64,000 nucleotides of DNA, taken from Geosiphon pyriformis uo1. Taxonomy: Eukaryota; Fungi; Glomeromycota. Each line of letters begins with the position of its first letter. Within the stretch, counting starts at the first letter, position 1. Below the pieces are notes generated by a model. It had not been told where the DNA came from and did not search any database. It worked only from the letters and a program-made list of their open reading frames with translations. Both the position numbers and the translations under genes were made by a program. Below are positions 1-11,891 of the stretch, one piece after another. The DNA lies in NCBI GenBank assembly GCA_016748015.1, contig JAAOMT010000590.1:367912-431911 (forward strand), read 5' to 3'.

Positions 1-272
1 GATTGATTCTTTCCCAATATTAAACCTACTGTATATATACATGTTTGTAGTTCTACGAGAAAATACTTTCTTTTTGATATTTCAACCTGGTGCTTGCTGC
101 TATCACCAGTTGGTGTTGGCTGCTATTGTGAACTGGTGCTTGCCACTATCGCGAGATGGTGTTTGCTACTATGTTAATCATTACCTTTCTAAGATTATTA
201 CTGTGCTATATTATGATTGAATAGTTTGTATTATTTTTATGATTCTTTTTGCTAAATTCTTAAACCGTAACA
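1..272 (-). mobile_element. Partial LTR (U3 end) of a second LTR element inserted into the gag of copy D
   Basis: Ends in ...cgtaaca (TGTTAC on minus), like the other LTRs. TATA-like gtatatatac at 31-40 and a tandem motif array. Gag sequence of copy D resumes at 273. Confidence 0.6.
88..179. repeat. 4 x 23-bp degenerate tandem repeat (tggtgYttgcYRctatY...) in LTR U3
   Basis: Units: tggtgcttgctgctatcaccagt / tggtgttggctgctattgtgaac / tggtgcttgccactatcgcgaga / tggtgtttgctactatgttaatc. Confidence 0.8.
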
Positions 273-3244
273 GTGGACAACCATCGCCAATCTCCAGTTT
301 TGTGTGATTCTAGGTCTGGAGTGGCCTGATGTCATATTAACTGAATTTTGGGGCAGTGTCTGAATTGATTGGGGTTGATAAATTATTTGGAGTTGTGGCT
401 GATAGATTACTGGTGGCTGTGGTTGATAAATTTGAGGTTGATATACTGGTAGTTAATAGATTGGTGGCTGCGTCATTGGCAGGTAAGTAGTTTAATCTTG
501 ATTTAGATAACAATTCAGAGTTTGAAATCTGCAATCGAGGTTTCAATATTGATTTCCTGATCATGAATTGTTGCTATAAAATCTGCAGTCTGTTTTTATG
601 TGTTTTTGTTTACCACAATTGTGGCAAACATGCGTTTTTGGCTGCCATGGCTGATTAAGTGCTGCTGATAATGATGATGGACATGACTGATTTTGGAAAT
701 GATTCATGTTTCCTGGATTGTTGTATCATTGTGGTGGTTGATAAATTGAGCAATTGTCAACTAAGTATCTCTCTAACTTCTGATTAATTGAATCACTGAA
801 TTGTTTCAATTTAGAATCTAATTCAGATGATCCATTCACCACTAGGTTCACAGCATAAATATGATTGGCTTCTAATTTGGTAGATTCGAAATTTCTAGCA
901 TGTGTGACTGCATCCTGGAGAGTGGCTGGATGCAATGGGCATATGTGTTGCAGGATGCTATTGTGCAGACCACGAATGAATTAATTGAGAATTTGTGGCA
1001 CTGTGAAATAATTAGCATCAATTGCTTGGATTTGTCGCAGATTTCTATGGAAGTGTCCCAGATATGTGGTAACTGCTTCAGTTTCTCCTTGTTTAATTGT
1101 AATGAAAGTGTTGGCTAATCTGTTGATGCTGTTGTTATTGCTAAAGTATCTCAAAAATTCTAATTTGAAGGCATTGAAATCTTGGAGTTTGTCAACCAGG
1201 CTTTGATACCATGAATTTGCTGTATCTTTGAGAAAATAAGGTATGGCTTGCATGACTCTGGCATCATTCCATCCATTGGCTGTAATGGCTTTTTCTACAT
1301 CATTTAGCCAAACTTGTGCATTGTCTTTTTTGCCAATGAATTTGTCGAGCTTTGCGATTGGTGCATATGTCATTTGTTGTTGTTGCTGTGGTGGAAGTTG
1401 TTGTTATTGTTGAGGTGGTACTGGAGGTGGTTGTTGATTTTGTTGGTTCGGTATTTGGATGGGCTGACCAATTGGTTCAACTGGTGGTTGATTGATGACG
1501 ATAACTGGAGGTAAGTATTAATTAATTACTTTGGGTTTTTGATTTTGTGGTGCTTGAATATTTGGAGTTTTGATTTCTGGATTTTCTTGCTGAGTTTGAA
1601 CGTTTAGGGTTCCAAATTCTGGGTTTTCAAGGATCAAGTTTTGGTAAGTAAATTCTTGATCTTCCGATTCTTCTTCCTCTTTTTCTTCAGATAGTTTTCA
1701 CAGGGTAGTGGTTCCAAAGTCTGGTTGAGGTGGTGGTGATTAAATTCCTGATGGTGTTGGTGATTGTGACTTAAATCCTTCAAAATATTTGCCGTATGGT
1801 CCTAGTAGATCTGTTTTTCTTTGTTTATTTTGGAATGGAAATTGTCCAAATGTTGATATCACATTTGATGTGAACATGCTTGCTGATGTTATATTGATGG
1901 CGCTTCCCGGTGTGTGATGATAGGATAGAGCAGTTGGTAATTCAACTTTTGTTTTCTTCCAAGTAGGTGGTTGTATCTTTTTGGGTGTTACTGCTGGTAT
2001 TTGTAGTTTTCCTTTGCTTTTACTGGCATAAGTAATTGGATATCTTTGTTGGATGTAATGTTCAATTTCTTTGTTGATCTTAGTAATGATGAAGGCAAAA
2101 TTGTGATTTGTTGGCAAGTTGGTATTTTGAATTAATTCTCTATAGAAAGTTTCCCTGGCTGATTCAGTATTCACTGGTGTTCCTAACAAAGAGAAAATCT
2201 TTTCATTAACATAGAAATTAAAGGCTGATTCAGTAGATATATGATTGTGGTTTAATTCCAAGTGTTGACAATAGTGTTGAAATAGGGATTTCGCAAATCC
2301 TAAATGGTTTGCTCCTATGTTTTCTAATTCTGCCACTTTTGGATGGTGTTTGTTGATGCTGGTTCTCTGTAAAATTATACCCTACAGGAAGTACAATTTC
2401 GGGTGTTGAATTAAATACGAACCCATAACTTAGTGCTCAAAGCTATTCTTATTGTTGATGATCTGAAGGTTTTGTATCTGAAGGGTTTGGTTGAGTTCTT
2501 TGTATAATAGACAGAAATTCAATGGTGATAGTTTTTTCTGTAGCTTCCTGAAACCACAGTTTCATCAATTTTTTTCTTAGCTTGATGGCCGGTATTTCTC
2601 TTGGTAAGCTATTCTCAATCAAGTGTTCTACCCTTATTTCTGGGTTTTTTACCAGTTATGTTTATTCTGACATCAGTGTCCCATGCGTTAATCCTCAATA
2701 GAGTTAGTAAACAACAATAAAATCAAAACAAGAAAATTAAGAAAATAAAATAAAATAAAGAAAGAAAAGAAATAAGCCAAGGCAATTTGCAAGTTAATAT
2801 TCCGTTAATAGCTGTAATCAAGAGCTATTGTTCCAGTGTGGTTAAGTATCAATTACTATCAACATGAAGTGTTAATAGTGGAAATAGGTTTGAGATAACA
2901 AATAGTTATTTATTAAATAATTGTAATTTGGAGAGTTGCTTAGATTAAATCTAAAACTAAAAGGTCTGTTTTTTCAGCTTCTAATCCTGCTGCTATATAT
3001 ACATAATTGAGATTCCTCAATTCCTCGATTTTTCACAACAGGAATTCTGGAATTCCTGGAATCCTGTGATTTCTTTGAGAGGAATCCTGCAATTCTGGAA
3101 TCCTGCAATTCCTCATTGAGGAATTCTGAAATTCCTGGAATTCTGCAATTCCTGAGAGGAATCCTGGAATTTTACATTTACTATGCCTACTTCTAATTGG
3201 CTAATAATCATGCTAATATATATCCTATATTTCTATGAGTAACA
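273..3244 (-). mobile_element. Ty3/Gypsy copy D, 5' part (LTR ~2382-3244 plus degenerate gag)
   Basis: ORFs 1740-2336, 981-1373 and 726-935 are homologous to gag of copy A (KLDKFIGKKDNAQVWLNDVEKAITANGW). LTR ends ...tgagtaaca at 3244. PBS is deleted. Confidence 0.9.
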
Positions 3245-4140
3245 GTGTACAGCCTCAGTCAATGTTCTAACTGGAATTTTCTTTATCACTATAGCCTAAT
3301 CTAAATGACTAGTTGATTTTTTGAAATCAGTGTTCACCAAAATATTTGTCACTCTTGCCTTTTCTGTAGTTTGCACCAAACTAGATTCAGAGATAAAGAA
3401 AGCATAGATGATCTCTGAGAATTTTGAGGGAATAGAGACCCCCCCAAAACCATTGATTTTTGAAAACAGATTTCTGACCACTATTAGCTTTTTCTGAGAA
3501 GATTTCCCAGCTACCTTATCTAGTTCAATATCTATAGCAAAAGATTTCCGAACAGAAATATTGACCAAATTCTTCAAGAAAGAAAGGAAAATCATAGGAG
3601 TATTCAAAAGAATGTCATTATTATCAACATTATCCAAAAAGTTGATTTTCTCTAATGGCATACTCAAGACTTTTTTGGTTACCAATCTCGAACTCTTTAG
3701 TATTTGGTTAGAATCACCTTCTATAAACAAACTCTTTTTACTATAATTCACACTGGTTTTCTTTATCAGACACTTCTCTTTTATATTAATACTATCAGAC
3801 TCAATGGTATTACTAGCTTCAGACCTCCAAGAACTACTAACAGCTTTTTCAAACAAGACCAGTTCACTAGTAGCACCATCCTTCAAAACACCATCTTTTC
3901 TCTTTTTCCTAGAAGCAACATCTATTTTAACATCTTTTTTACTATTAACAGAGCCAAAGCTTTTAAAAGACTTCTTTATTACAGCAATACTACAGCCAAC
4001 AGTAGCCTCATAATCAAGCAAAAACGGTTTGGATTTATTATACTAAATTGTAAAAAAAAAAAAACTTCTTTTAGAGAAAACTTTTTTGACTTTTTTTTGA
4101 GAATTTTGGATAAAAGAGAGAAAGAAGTTTATTTGTTGAT
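3245..4140 (-). mobile_element. LINE 5' end / ORF1 fragment, interrupted by Gypsy copy D
   Basis: ORF 3296-4021 (SVRKSFAIDIELDKV...VRNLFSKINGFGG...AIVIKKIPV) resembles the ORF1 at 11926-14052 (VKTVF.SVHGFLG, AVVLCNVPL) and the decayed ORF1 near 52 kb. Confidence 0.65.
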
Positions 4141-5549
4141 TTAAAAACTAAATAAATTATTGTTAAATGTTTAGTTTTTAAGAATTGGTTTTTTAAATTA
4201 TTTATAATATTTAAGAATACTGTTAAAATTAATTTATGTATTATAAATTTTATTTATAATTTGGTAATATACTATAAAATAAATATTTAATTGCCAAATT
4301 TTAAATTAAAAACTAATTGTAAAAAAAGATTTAATAGTTAAACTGTATTTATTAAATAAAAAAAAGCTATTTTTAACTATTAATTGATTTATTAAAAAAA
4401 TAATATTAAATTTTATTTTCTTAATTAAATAAAAGAAAATAATTGTTTTTTATAATGCTTTTAAAACCAAATTAATTAATTTTTATTTGGTTATATTGTT
4501 TTTGAGATAGCAATATAATTGCTTAAATACATAATTAAATATGAATTTTTTAATTAAAGAATTTCCAAATATAAACGCAAATAAAATTCAGCATTTATTT
4601 AAATATATTTATAAACAATGTATTTTGATCTTTGAACTTTGCCATAGTAACTTGAGTTTAAAAGACAAAAACACGTTATCAAAAATACGACCCTTTTTCC
4701 CCTCGAGCCGATACAGCCTTATCTTCCCGAGAGCAAAGGAAATCAATCATATCCGCTTCTATTGTAGACAATGATTAAAAGGATAAGCCAGTTAATGAGC
4801 AAGACAAATGGATATGAACTGTTCTATCTAGACCAGACACATTTTTGTTTGAAATCAGAATAAAAGGCAATAATCTTTATCCGCAGTGCCATAATTATTT
4901 ATGGCTTGGAACAGGTCTGAGATTGGTTGTTCATCATCAAATAAAAATATTGCTAACAATAAAATGGACTTACCACATTTATAACGAACCCTCGAAAAAC
5001 GTACTGTCAAAAATAATATGAAAAAAACTGCGTCAAAAAATTTTCCAGTTGAAGTTTTTGAAAAACTCCCATGGAATCAAAGTGGAACCAAAATGAGGAA
5101 ATAGAGGCATAAAAAAACCTCTTGTCGAAAACAAAAAAATTTCATTCCTGAGCTTATCTGGTCTCCAGCGATAGCTTCATTCGTTTCTGATGAAGCTCAT
5201 CTCATGCTTAAATTTTTTGTAGTCACGATTCGATGGGCCTTCCGTAACCTCCTGCCCTTGGTTATTTGGTTGCTCAATCATCCAGAAATTGATAGCTTTT
5301 GTAATATGTTTAAAGTCTGTGGTCCCTAGTTCTTTCCACACATAATGAACACGATGGATTCCGTGAAAGTAAAAATTTAATTTTTTAAAAAGAAAAAAAT
5401 ATAGAAATCTAATAAAGGGGAAATTCAAGGAATAACGAAACGTAATCTGAGGCTTATCCCTAAAAGTTAGCATATTGAATGGTTTTTGAAAAGCTGGCAA
5501 GGAAAACGCTAATTCTTATATTATTTCGAGATCGCAAAATATTGATTCT

Positions 5550-8500
5550 TCACATGAAATACATAACCTATATGAGATGAATTTAAGATATTAGTATACG
5601 AGGAATATTGACTTCTTTTATGAAAAGCGATAATGAGTGTTTACTTTTTGCAATTCTGCCTTAACGGTGCCAAAAGAGGAAGCACCTCCAGCACCTTCTT
5701 CAGACGATTCAGTGTCGGACCAGTTTTCACGTGCATGAAAACGGGCCCTGCTGCATACTAGATGAGCATAGTAAACTGGGGGAACCTGTGTTGCCAGAAA
5801 GTCGAGATATATTAGCTGTGATAAAAAATGTATAATAAATAACGTCATACCAGTGATACCGCACGAGTGCATCTTGCGTAAAGATAGCACAAGTTGTATG
5901 ATAGTGTCTGAAGTCTACATTGCAAATTGTTAGAAATTTAATATTGAAAGATATTTTGATGATCAATAAAATTGACATATTTACGTATCGGCGGTGAAAG
6001 AGTTTTCGTCATACAAAACGTGATAATGACATGGGCGAGATGTGCCTTGCAAACCGGCATGGCTCTGAAGATCTATAAATAAATCAAAAGGGTTAAATTT
6101 ATTAAAGAGTTATATGATACAAAGCAGAAAATAAATTCATTACATACAAAAATCGAATTCGAAAGGATGAGTAATCGACGTTTCAACCACTGTACCAGGA
6201 AGGCAGTTCCCACTACGATCAGAATTTTGCTTATCCATAGGGAAGAAACGAGCATGATGACGTTTCTGAACAACTACAAAGGTGATTGTTGGTCGATAAC
6301 TTTGATCAAGTGCGAGACAGGCCGCTAATAAAATGAAAGAGATTAATTACCCAAACTTATGGGTGTGTGGAGATAACGAAACTGAGAACATAATTTCTTA
6401 CCTCGAACAGCTTGAATTTCCCCCTCAAGTACTTGGGTAAATTGACCTTCTGAAACACCATCACGATAGAATAAAATGCGCTCAGGTTTCCTGCCACATG
6501 TCTGATAGAAAGTCTTTAAAAGCTCTTTCACCATGTTAGCCAACTCGGCGATGATTTCAGTACGTCCAGTTTGAACACGAATGGTAGCTGAATATCGAGA
6601 AGCTTTAGCATCCATAGAACCACAAAGGGAAGCAATTGAGGGACGATCATTTCTATCATCTTAATAAATGTGAAAAAAAATGATAGTTAAAATAATTATT
6701 TTTCAATTTAAAAACAATTTTTGGTTTGATAATTCACTTGGAGAAGGATGAGTAACATCAGCACCCATCAAGATTGTAGGTCGGTCTGTGATGAATGGGA
6801 CTTGTGCAGGTGACAAAAAGGAGTTCATTCCTCCGAGTTTCACATTCATTTTCAAGCAGACATTCGCGCAATATTGCTTTTTAGCGGCGAACATGTGTTT
6901 GCTTTGACAACACTGGGTTGCAACTCCAATTACAGTGTCGCCCACGCGTTTAATTTCAGCGTACAAAGGCACACCAGTCGTAGGTAAAATGCATAAAATT
7001 AATTGCGGTTGTGCTTTAGCTGTATTGCCAGCTCGGAGCCAGGCTTGTTTAAGCGCGCCTTCAATATCACCTTGCGGATTAGCATGCATAATTGGCGGAG
7101 TTTTATTTGGAATGTTCTGGATGTTTATAAAAAGTAAATAATGGTTGATCCTGATGATAAAGAGCCTCTTAAATCAAATGAAAAAAGAAAATTCCAACCA
7201 TTCCAGTGTCTTGGCATGTTATTACAAGTTCCCTTACAAAGCTCTGTACAGCTTGCTTGGGAAAATCTCTTTCCTGTCCAAAAGCTATAACAGCCCAAGA
7301 ACCGAGAGTAGCTCCGGTGGCCACCTTTTTATCTCTTAGATTCCATGCTCCGTCACGTGGCTGGAATGAGGCATCTCTCGAGGTCGGATGGTATTGAAGA
7401 GTTGGAGTGGGGAGTACTCGGGCGTCAACCTGTCAGGACGCAATCTTAATAAATATAACGAAGAAAAATTTAAGCATTCAAATAATTAATATATTATTCT
7501 TACAACTGCCATTTCGTTTGAAACTCTCATTCCAAAATTTTGAAGATATTCGTTTCCACGATAATTAAGAACATCAAGCCCTTGTTTAATTTTATTAGCG
7601 CGAACATGCGGTGCTTGACAGGTAAACTTAATCATGTCGGCCGTTTGCTTTTCATTAAGCTTACGCATGTGTCTTTGCCCCTAGAAAAAATATTTTAAAA
7701 TCAAAACTGAAATCTTAGTGAAAAGTGAAATAAGAAGCTTCGATAAATACCACAATAACTTCACAAACTTCCATAGGCAGAAAAGTCTCTTTCCTGACCA
7801 CCACGCAAGGAAGATATGGATATTGTAAGCGTTTGCTATAGGTTTTGAAAAAGTATGAAGCGACATCTGTTTCTCCAGTTTCTGCACTCTCAAATATGCT
7901 GCTACTAGCTGGGGTGGGTGTTATTCCTGTAATTTTGAAACGACGCTTGGAGGTAGCCTCACCACGATGCACTACTTTTATTTTTAAGTTTTTCAATGAT
8001 TTTTCGAGTTTAAGTCGATCTCTATCACTAATGCCTCGTCGGAGATCATCGGGGCTTCTACGGCCAAGCAATTTAACTACTATCGTTACAAGGGGTCCAC
8101 CTTCGTAAAAAGCAGTGGCACTCAGATCAAGATTGATCATCATGCGGCCTATGATCATTGTTCAGAAAAAGAATGTGAAAAAGCGTAAAAAATTTAGTTT
8201 GTCAAACCATTCACTACGATAATATATATGATTATTTACCTTGAGCAGGTCGAGCAGATTGATAATACCCCTGCCAGACTTCTGCCCCACCAAAAAGCGG
8301 CATAGAGCCTTCAGATGTATAAAAAGAACGTCCAACAGTGACATATTGCATGGATGGACGATGTCTGATAAGCACGTCAAGGGCCATTATAGCTGATATA
8401 ATTAGGCGGTTAATTTAACGCATCATTCAAAGTTTATAAAGAATTTCACTTATAATTTGCGAATATATATACCTGTTTGACAGTTGGATGTAAGTTTATT

Positions 8501-9224
8501 CTTGCCTTGAAGAAAACGGTGAAGCTCTTCCATATAGATAACTCCTACTTTTTTGATCTTTATCTTAAAAGATCGAGGTGGGCGTTTGGCAGTTGTCACG
8601 CCATCATCTTCAGGTAGAGTAATCTATATTGCAATACGCGGGCGAGAGTTTACGGAGATTACTTTAAAATAAAAAAAATGCCATTGATGCGTGAGCAAAA
8701 TAAATTCTCACATCAAAAGTGAGAAAATCTCCAAAAGGCAATGCCTTTGGTGAAAATATATTCTTCCGCCCTAATCACAAAGAGAAAATTAGTTCAAATA
8801 TTTGCGTTTGGGTTATATCTTAATGCAGCAAGTTAAAATTTTCTTTAAGCAAAGGCAGTTAGGCAAAGTCTCATAAAAATTCAATTCGTTTGTATGGAAC
8901 TTCCTTTAAGTTGCATTATTGAATCCTTCCGGTGAAAGCTTTTCCTTCACAAAGTCCGGGATATTACCCACCATCATAAACAGGTCTTTCACCACCAAGA
9001 CTGCTAGTTCTATTCATATCTTCGAATTGCCCATATATCTTTCTGTTCAAAACTGGAGGCACGTCGGGGGTTATAGTTACATCGTAGTGATGTATGTTAG
9101 CGTCCGGTAGCGAAAGGACTTCAAAAAAATTTGCCCGGACTCGAATGGGCTTGCCAGCGCGGCCTAAACCTGGTCGCCGAACAAACTCTGTTATATGTAA
9201 ACCAGCAGGAGTGGGTTGAGCCAT
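5550..9224 (-). CDS. AGO1: Argonaute (eukaryotic AGO clade), about 14 exons
   Basis: Spliced by hand on GT-AG introns. Approximate exons: 9224-8972, 8770-8712, 8623-8473, 8392-8240, 8148-7750, 7681-7498, 7430-7199, 7116-6739, 6660-6402, 6325-6147, 6072-5985, 5920-5850, 5786-5645, 5567-5550. Motifs: [22 protein letters not shown] (LPMEVC), [68 protein letters not shown]-terminal VMYFM*. Confidence 0.97.
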
Positions 9225-10399
9225 TAATTAATTGATAACTTGGTTCAAAAATTTGTCCTACTTTTGGCAAAAAAATTTGTTTAGTAATTTCACGTACATC
9301 CATATTCCCAACCATACTTTATTTGTATTTTTCACGAGCGTTGATGTGTTGATGCAGGAGATCATAATTTTTACTCAAATGATTTTTTTTACTATCTTAT
9401 AGTCAGTAATTTTTGAATTTCTGATTTACTTGTTTTATTTATTTAACATATTTTATTAACTTAAATCAGGAGATGACAAAATTTATATTATTTCACTTAT
9501 AAAAGAAAACAATGTTAATAGTTAAAAATTATTACGAATTGTTATAAATTCGAAAATGTATATAAATAATTTCTTAAAATAAACTAATATATATAATAAC
9601 TTAAAGCAAAATATTATTAAAGCAGTTATTTTTTAACAAAATCTTTTTATTTTTTAAAGCTTTCTTGTTCAAAATTAATTTAAAAAAAAGACTTAATACA
9701 GTTTTTTTAAAAGAAATAATCTAAATAGAACACCCTATTCCAGGAACTATCTTGAGAAATCATGTGACTTTCGACCCATATATGTAATACAAGACAATTA
9801 ACTTCATATATAATATTTGTATTACATAAAATACTACACAAACACCTAAAACGGTTACACGAATATAATATATAAATAATTGATTAAAAAAACCAGAAAA
9901 TATGTCATTAATATATAAAGATCCAATGAAAGCCAAACCAAATTTTCAAAGTAAAAATTCCACAAATTTGTTTAAGTTCAATAGAATTAAAAAAAAATAT
10001 ATATTTTTTATTATTTGTTCATTAATTATTATTTTGTTTAATTACTATAATTGGTTAAAGATATATATAAAACTATATATGTATAACAACTCTATTTTTC
10101 AACTTACTAAAATAAACTTATTTAATATTTTTGATAAACATAGTTTTTAAAGTAAAATATAAAATTATTTTGATAAGTTTAAGTAAACAAAAGAAAAAAA
10201 ACAGCTAAATATATAGTCTTAAAATATGTACATATATTATTTTCTTGTGAAATTATGAATACTATTAAATTTTTATGGCATTATTTAGAGGCTTTTTACC
10301 AAACAATATATATTACAATAAAAAAATATCATAAAAAAAACAAAATATTCAAAAAAATTATAAGTTAATTAAAAACCAATTTAACTAAAAAACTATATT

Positions 10400-11040
10400 T
10401 TTATTTATTTATTACGTTTAACAAGTGAGGCCCAAATACTATTTAGCATAATACATCAGATTAAGTAATCTAAACTAGGCATAAATTATGTACTTTCTAC
10501 ATATAATTAGCTATTTAGGCTGATCAGAGCAATACTATGAATTTAACAGAACAGACACAACACTATTAACACCAGAAAAAAAGCAACAATGTTTGCAAAA
10601 ACCAAAACAGATACCAAAAGCCTTAGCAACTCCAAGTAACTTTATAATCCCAGTTAAAAACAAACATAAAAAACCACAAACTACAGAAAAAGCAAAAACA
10701 TTGTGTGAAATTAAATCATCTTTTTTTATAAAAGCCCTATATTTAGCCTTAACCAACCAAATTTAAGCATAATAAGCAGCACTTAAGCTTTAAACAAAAT
10801 TAACAATGAAATTCTCTACAGACTTAACATTATTAAAAATGAACATGGCTTCCAGGAACTACTTTCTAAACAAAAATCCTTTGCTCATAATAGTATACAA
10901 CATATCATCAAAAACACAAAGAAAGCATCTGTAAGATTTGAAACAAAGAAGAATTCAAACTGGACACAACATGCCATTTAGCCAGATGGGATGCAAACAG
11001 GTCTCTATGGACACCAGAGTCAAACAAATACACAAATAAA
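10400..11040 (-). mobile_element. LINE 3' fragment (ORF2 C-terminus, conserved 3' UTR, (TAAA)n tail)
   Basis: ORF 10535-10756 (KLLGVAKAFGICFGF...FFSGVNSVVSV) matches ORF 53271-53549. The tail on minus reads ...gtatttgggcctcacttgttaaacgtaataaataaataa. Confidence 0.8.
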
Positions 11041-11084
11041 TAATTGGAACTCTTTACTTTTCTATAGTAAAGACACTGTATTTA

Positions 11085-11455
11085 AATTATTATTTTTATT
11101 AAAAATTTGATATTTAAACATATCAAACACAATTTTTTTGTTTTGTATATATGATTTATAATTACTTAAAAATTTAAGAATTATTTATTGTTTTTGAATA
11201 TGTTTTTTTTACAGATAAAAATATGATTATAAATATAAAGTCTTATTTAATATCTAAAACTTAAAAGTAATATAATTTTTTTAATTATAAATACAGAAAT
11301 TATTAAAAGAAAAATTAGTTAATAATATAACATAATTTTTAATAGTTAAATCTAAATATATTTACAAATTTTAAACTAAACTTGTTGTTTGAATTTAAAT
11401 TTAATTTAATTTTAAATCCAAATACAATCTAATATAATATATTAAACTAAGTAAT
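11085..11455 (+). mobile_element. hAT DNA transposon 3' remnant (heavily decayed)
   Basis: Aligns with 46190-46560, which encodes the hAT dimerisation motif. Confidence 0.55.
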
Positions 11456-11891
11456 TTAAATTAAATATAAATTATGTATTTACTAAATATAACCAGCTAT
11501 TTAAGTTAATAAAAACAATACTACTTCTTTATACAAACAAAAACATTTTTGTTAATACCAAAAATAAAACAACACAAATTATATATGCTAAAATTAATAT
11601 CCAAAGCCTTTATAATATTAAGCAACTTAACAATACTCTTTGATAATATACTTAAAAAACCATTAACAAAAAAAAACACTAAACTATTTAATAGAATCAA
11701 ATTTTTTTTTTATAATTACTTAATACTTAAAGTAAATAAGTCAAATTTTATCTTTAAATAGCAAATTTAAATCATATATAAAACTCATAATCTTATTAAT
11801 AGCAATTTTAAGATTTTCAAAAACAAAAAAAAAATCCAAATATTAAGTTTTAAAAACAAAATTTTTATATAAAACAATATATATTATAATA

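Noticed and set aside
88-179. CRISPR-like array
   Set aside because: Contiguous degenerate tandem units without unique spacers, in a eukaryotic LTR context with no cas genes.
337-564. S/T-rich ORF (also 26870-27190) as an overlapping gene in gag
   Set aside because: It is the alternative frame of the IYQP tract. It probably stays open only because CAA>TAA mutations destroy the true Gln-rich frame.
4541-5500. Short ORFs 4541-4774 and 5177-5500
   Set aside because: No recognisable motifs; they lie in the AGO 3' UTR or intergenic DNA.
9720-9800. GC-richer patch with an E-box-like tcatgtgac upstream of AGO
   Set aside because: A single short motif; cannot distinguish a promoter element from a TE end.
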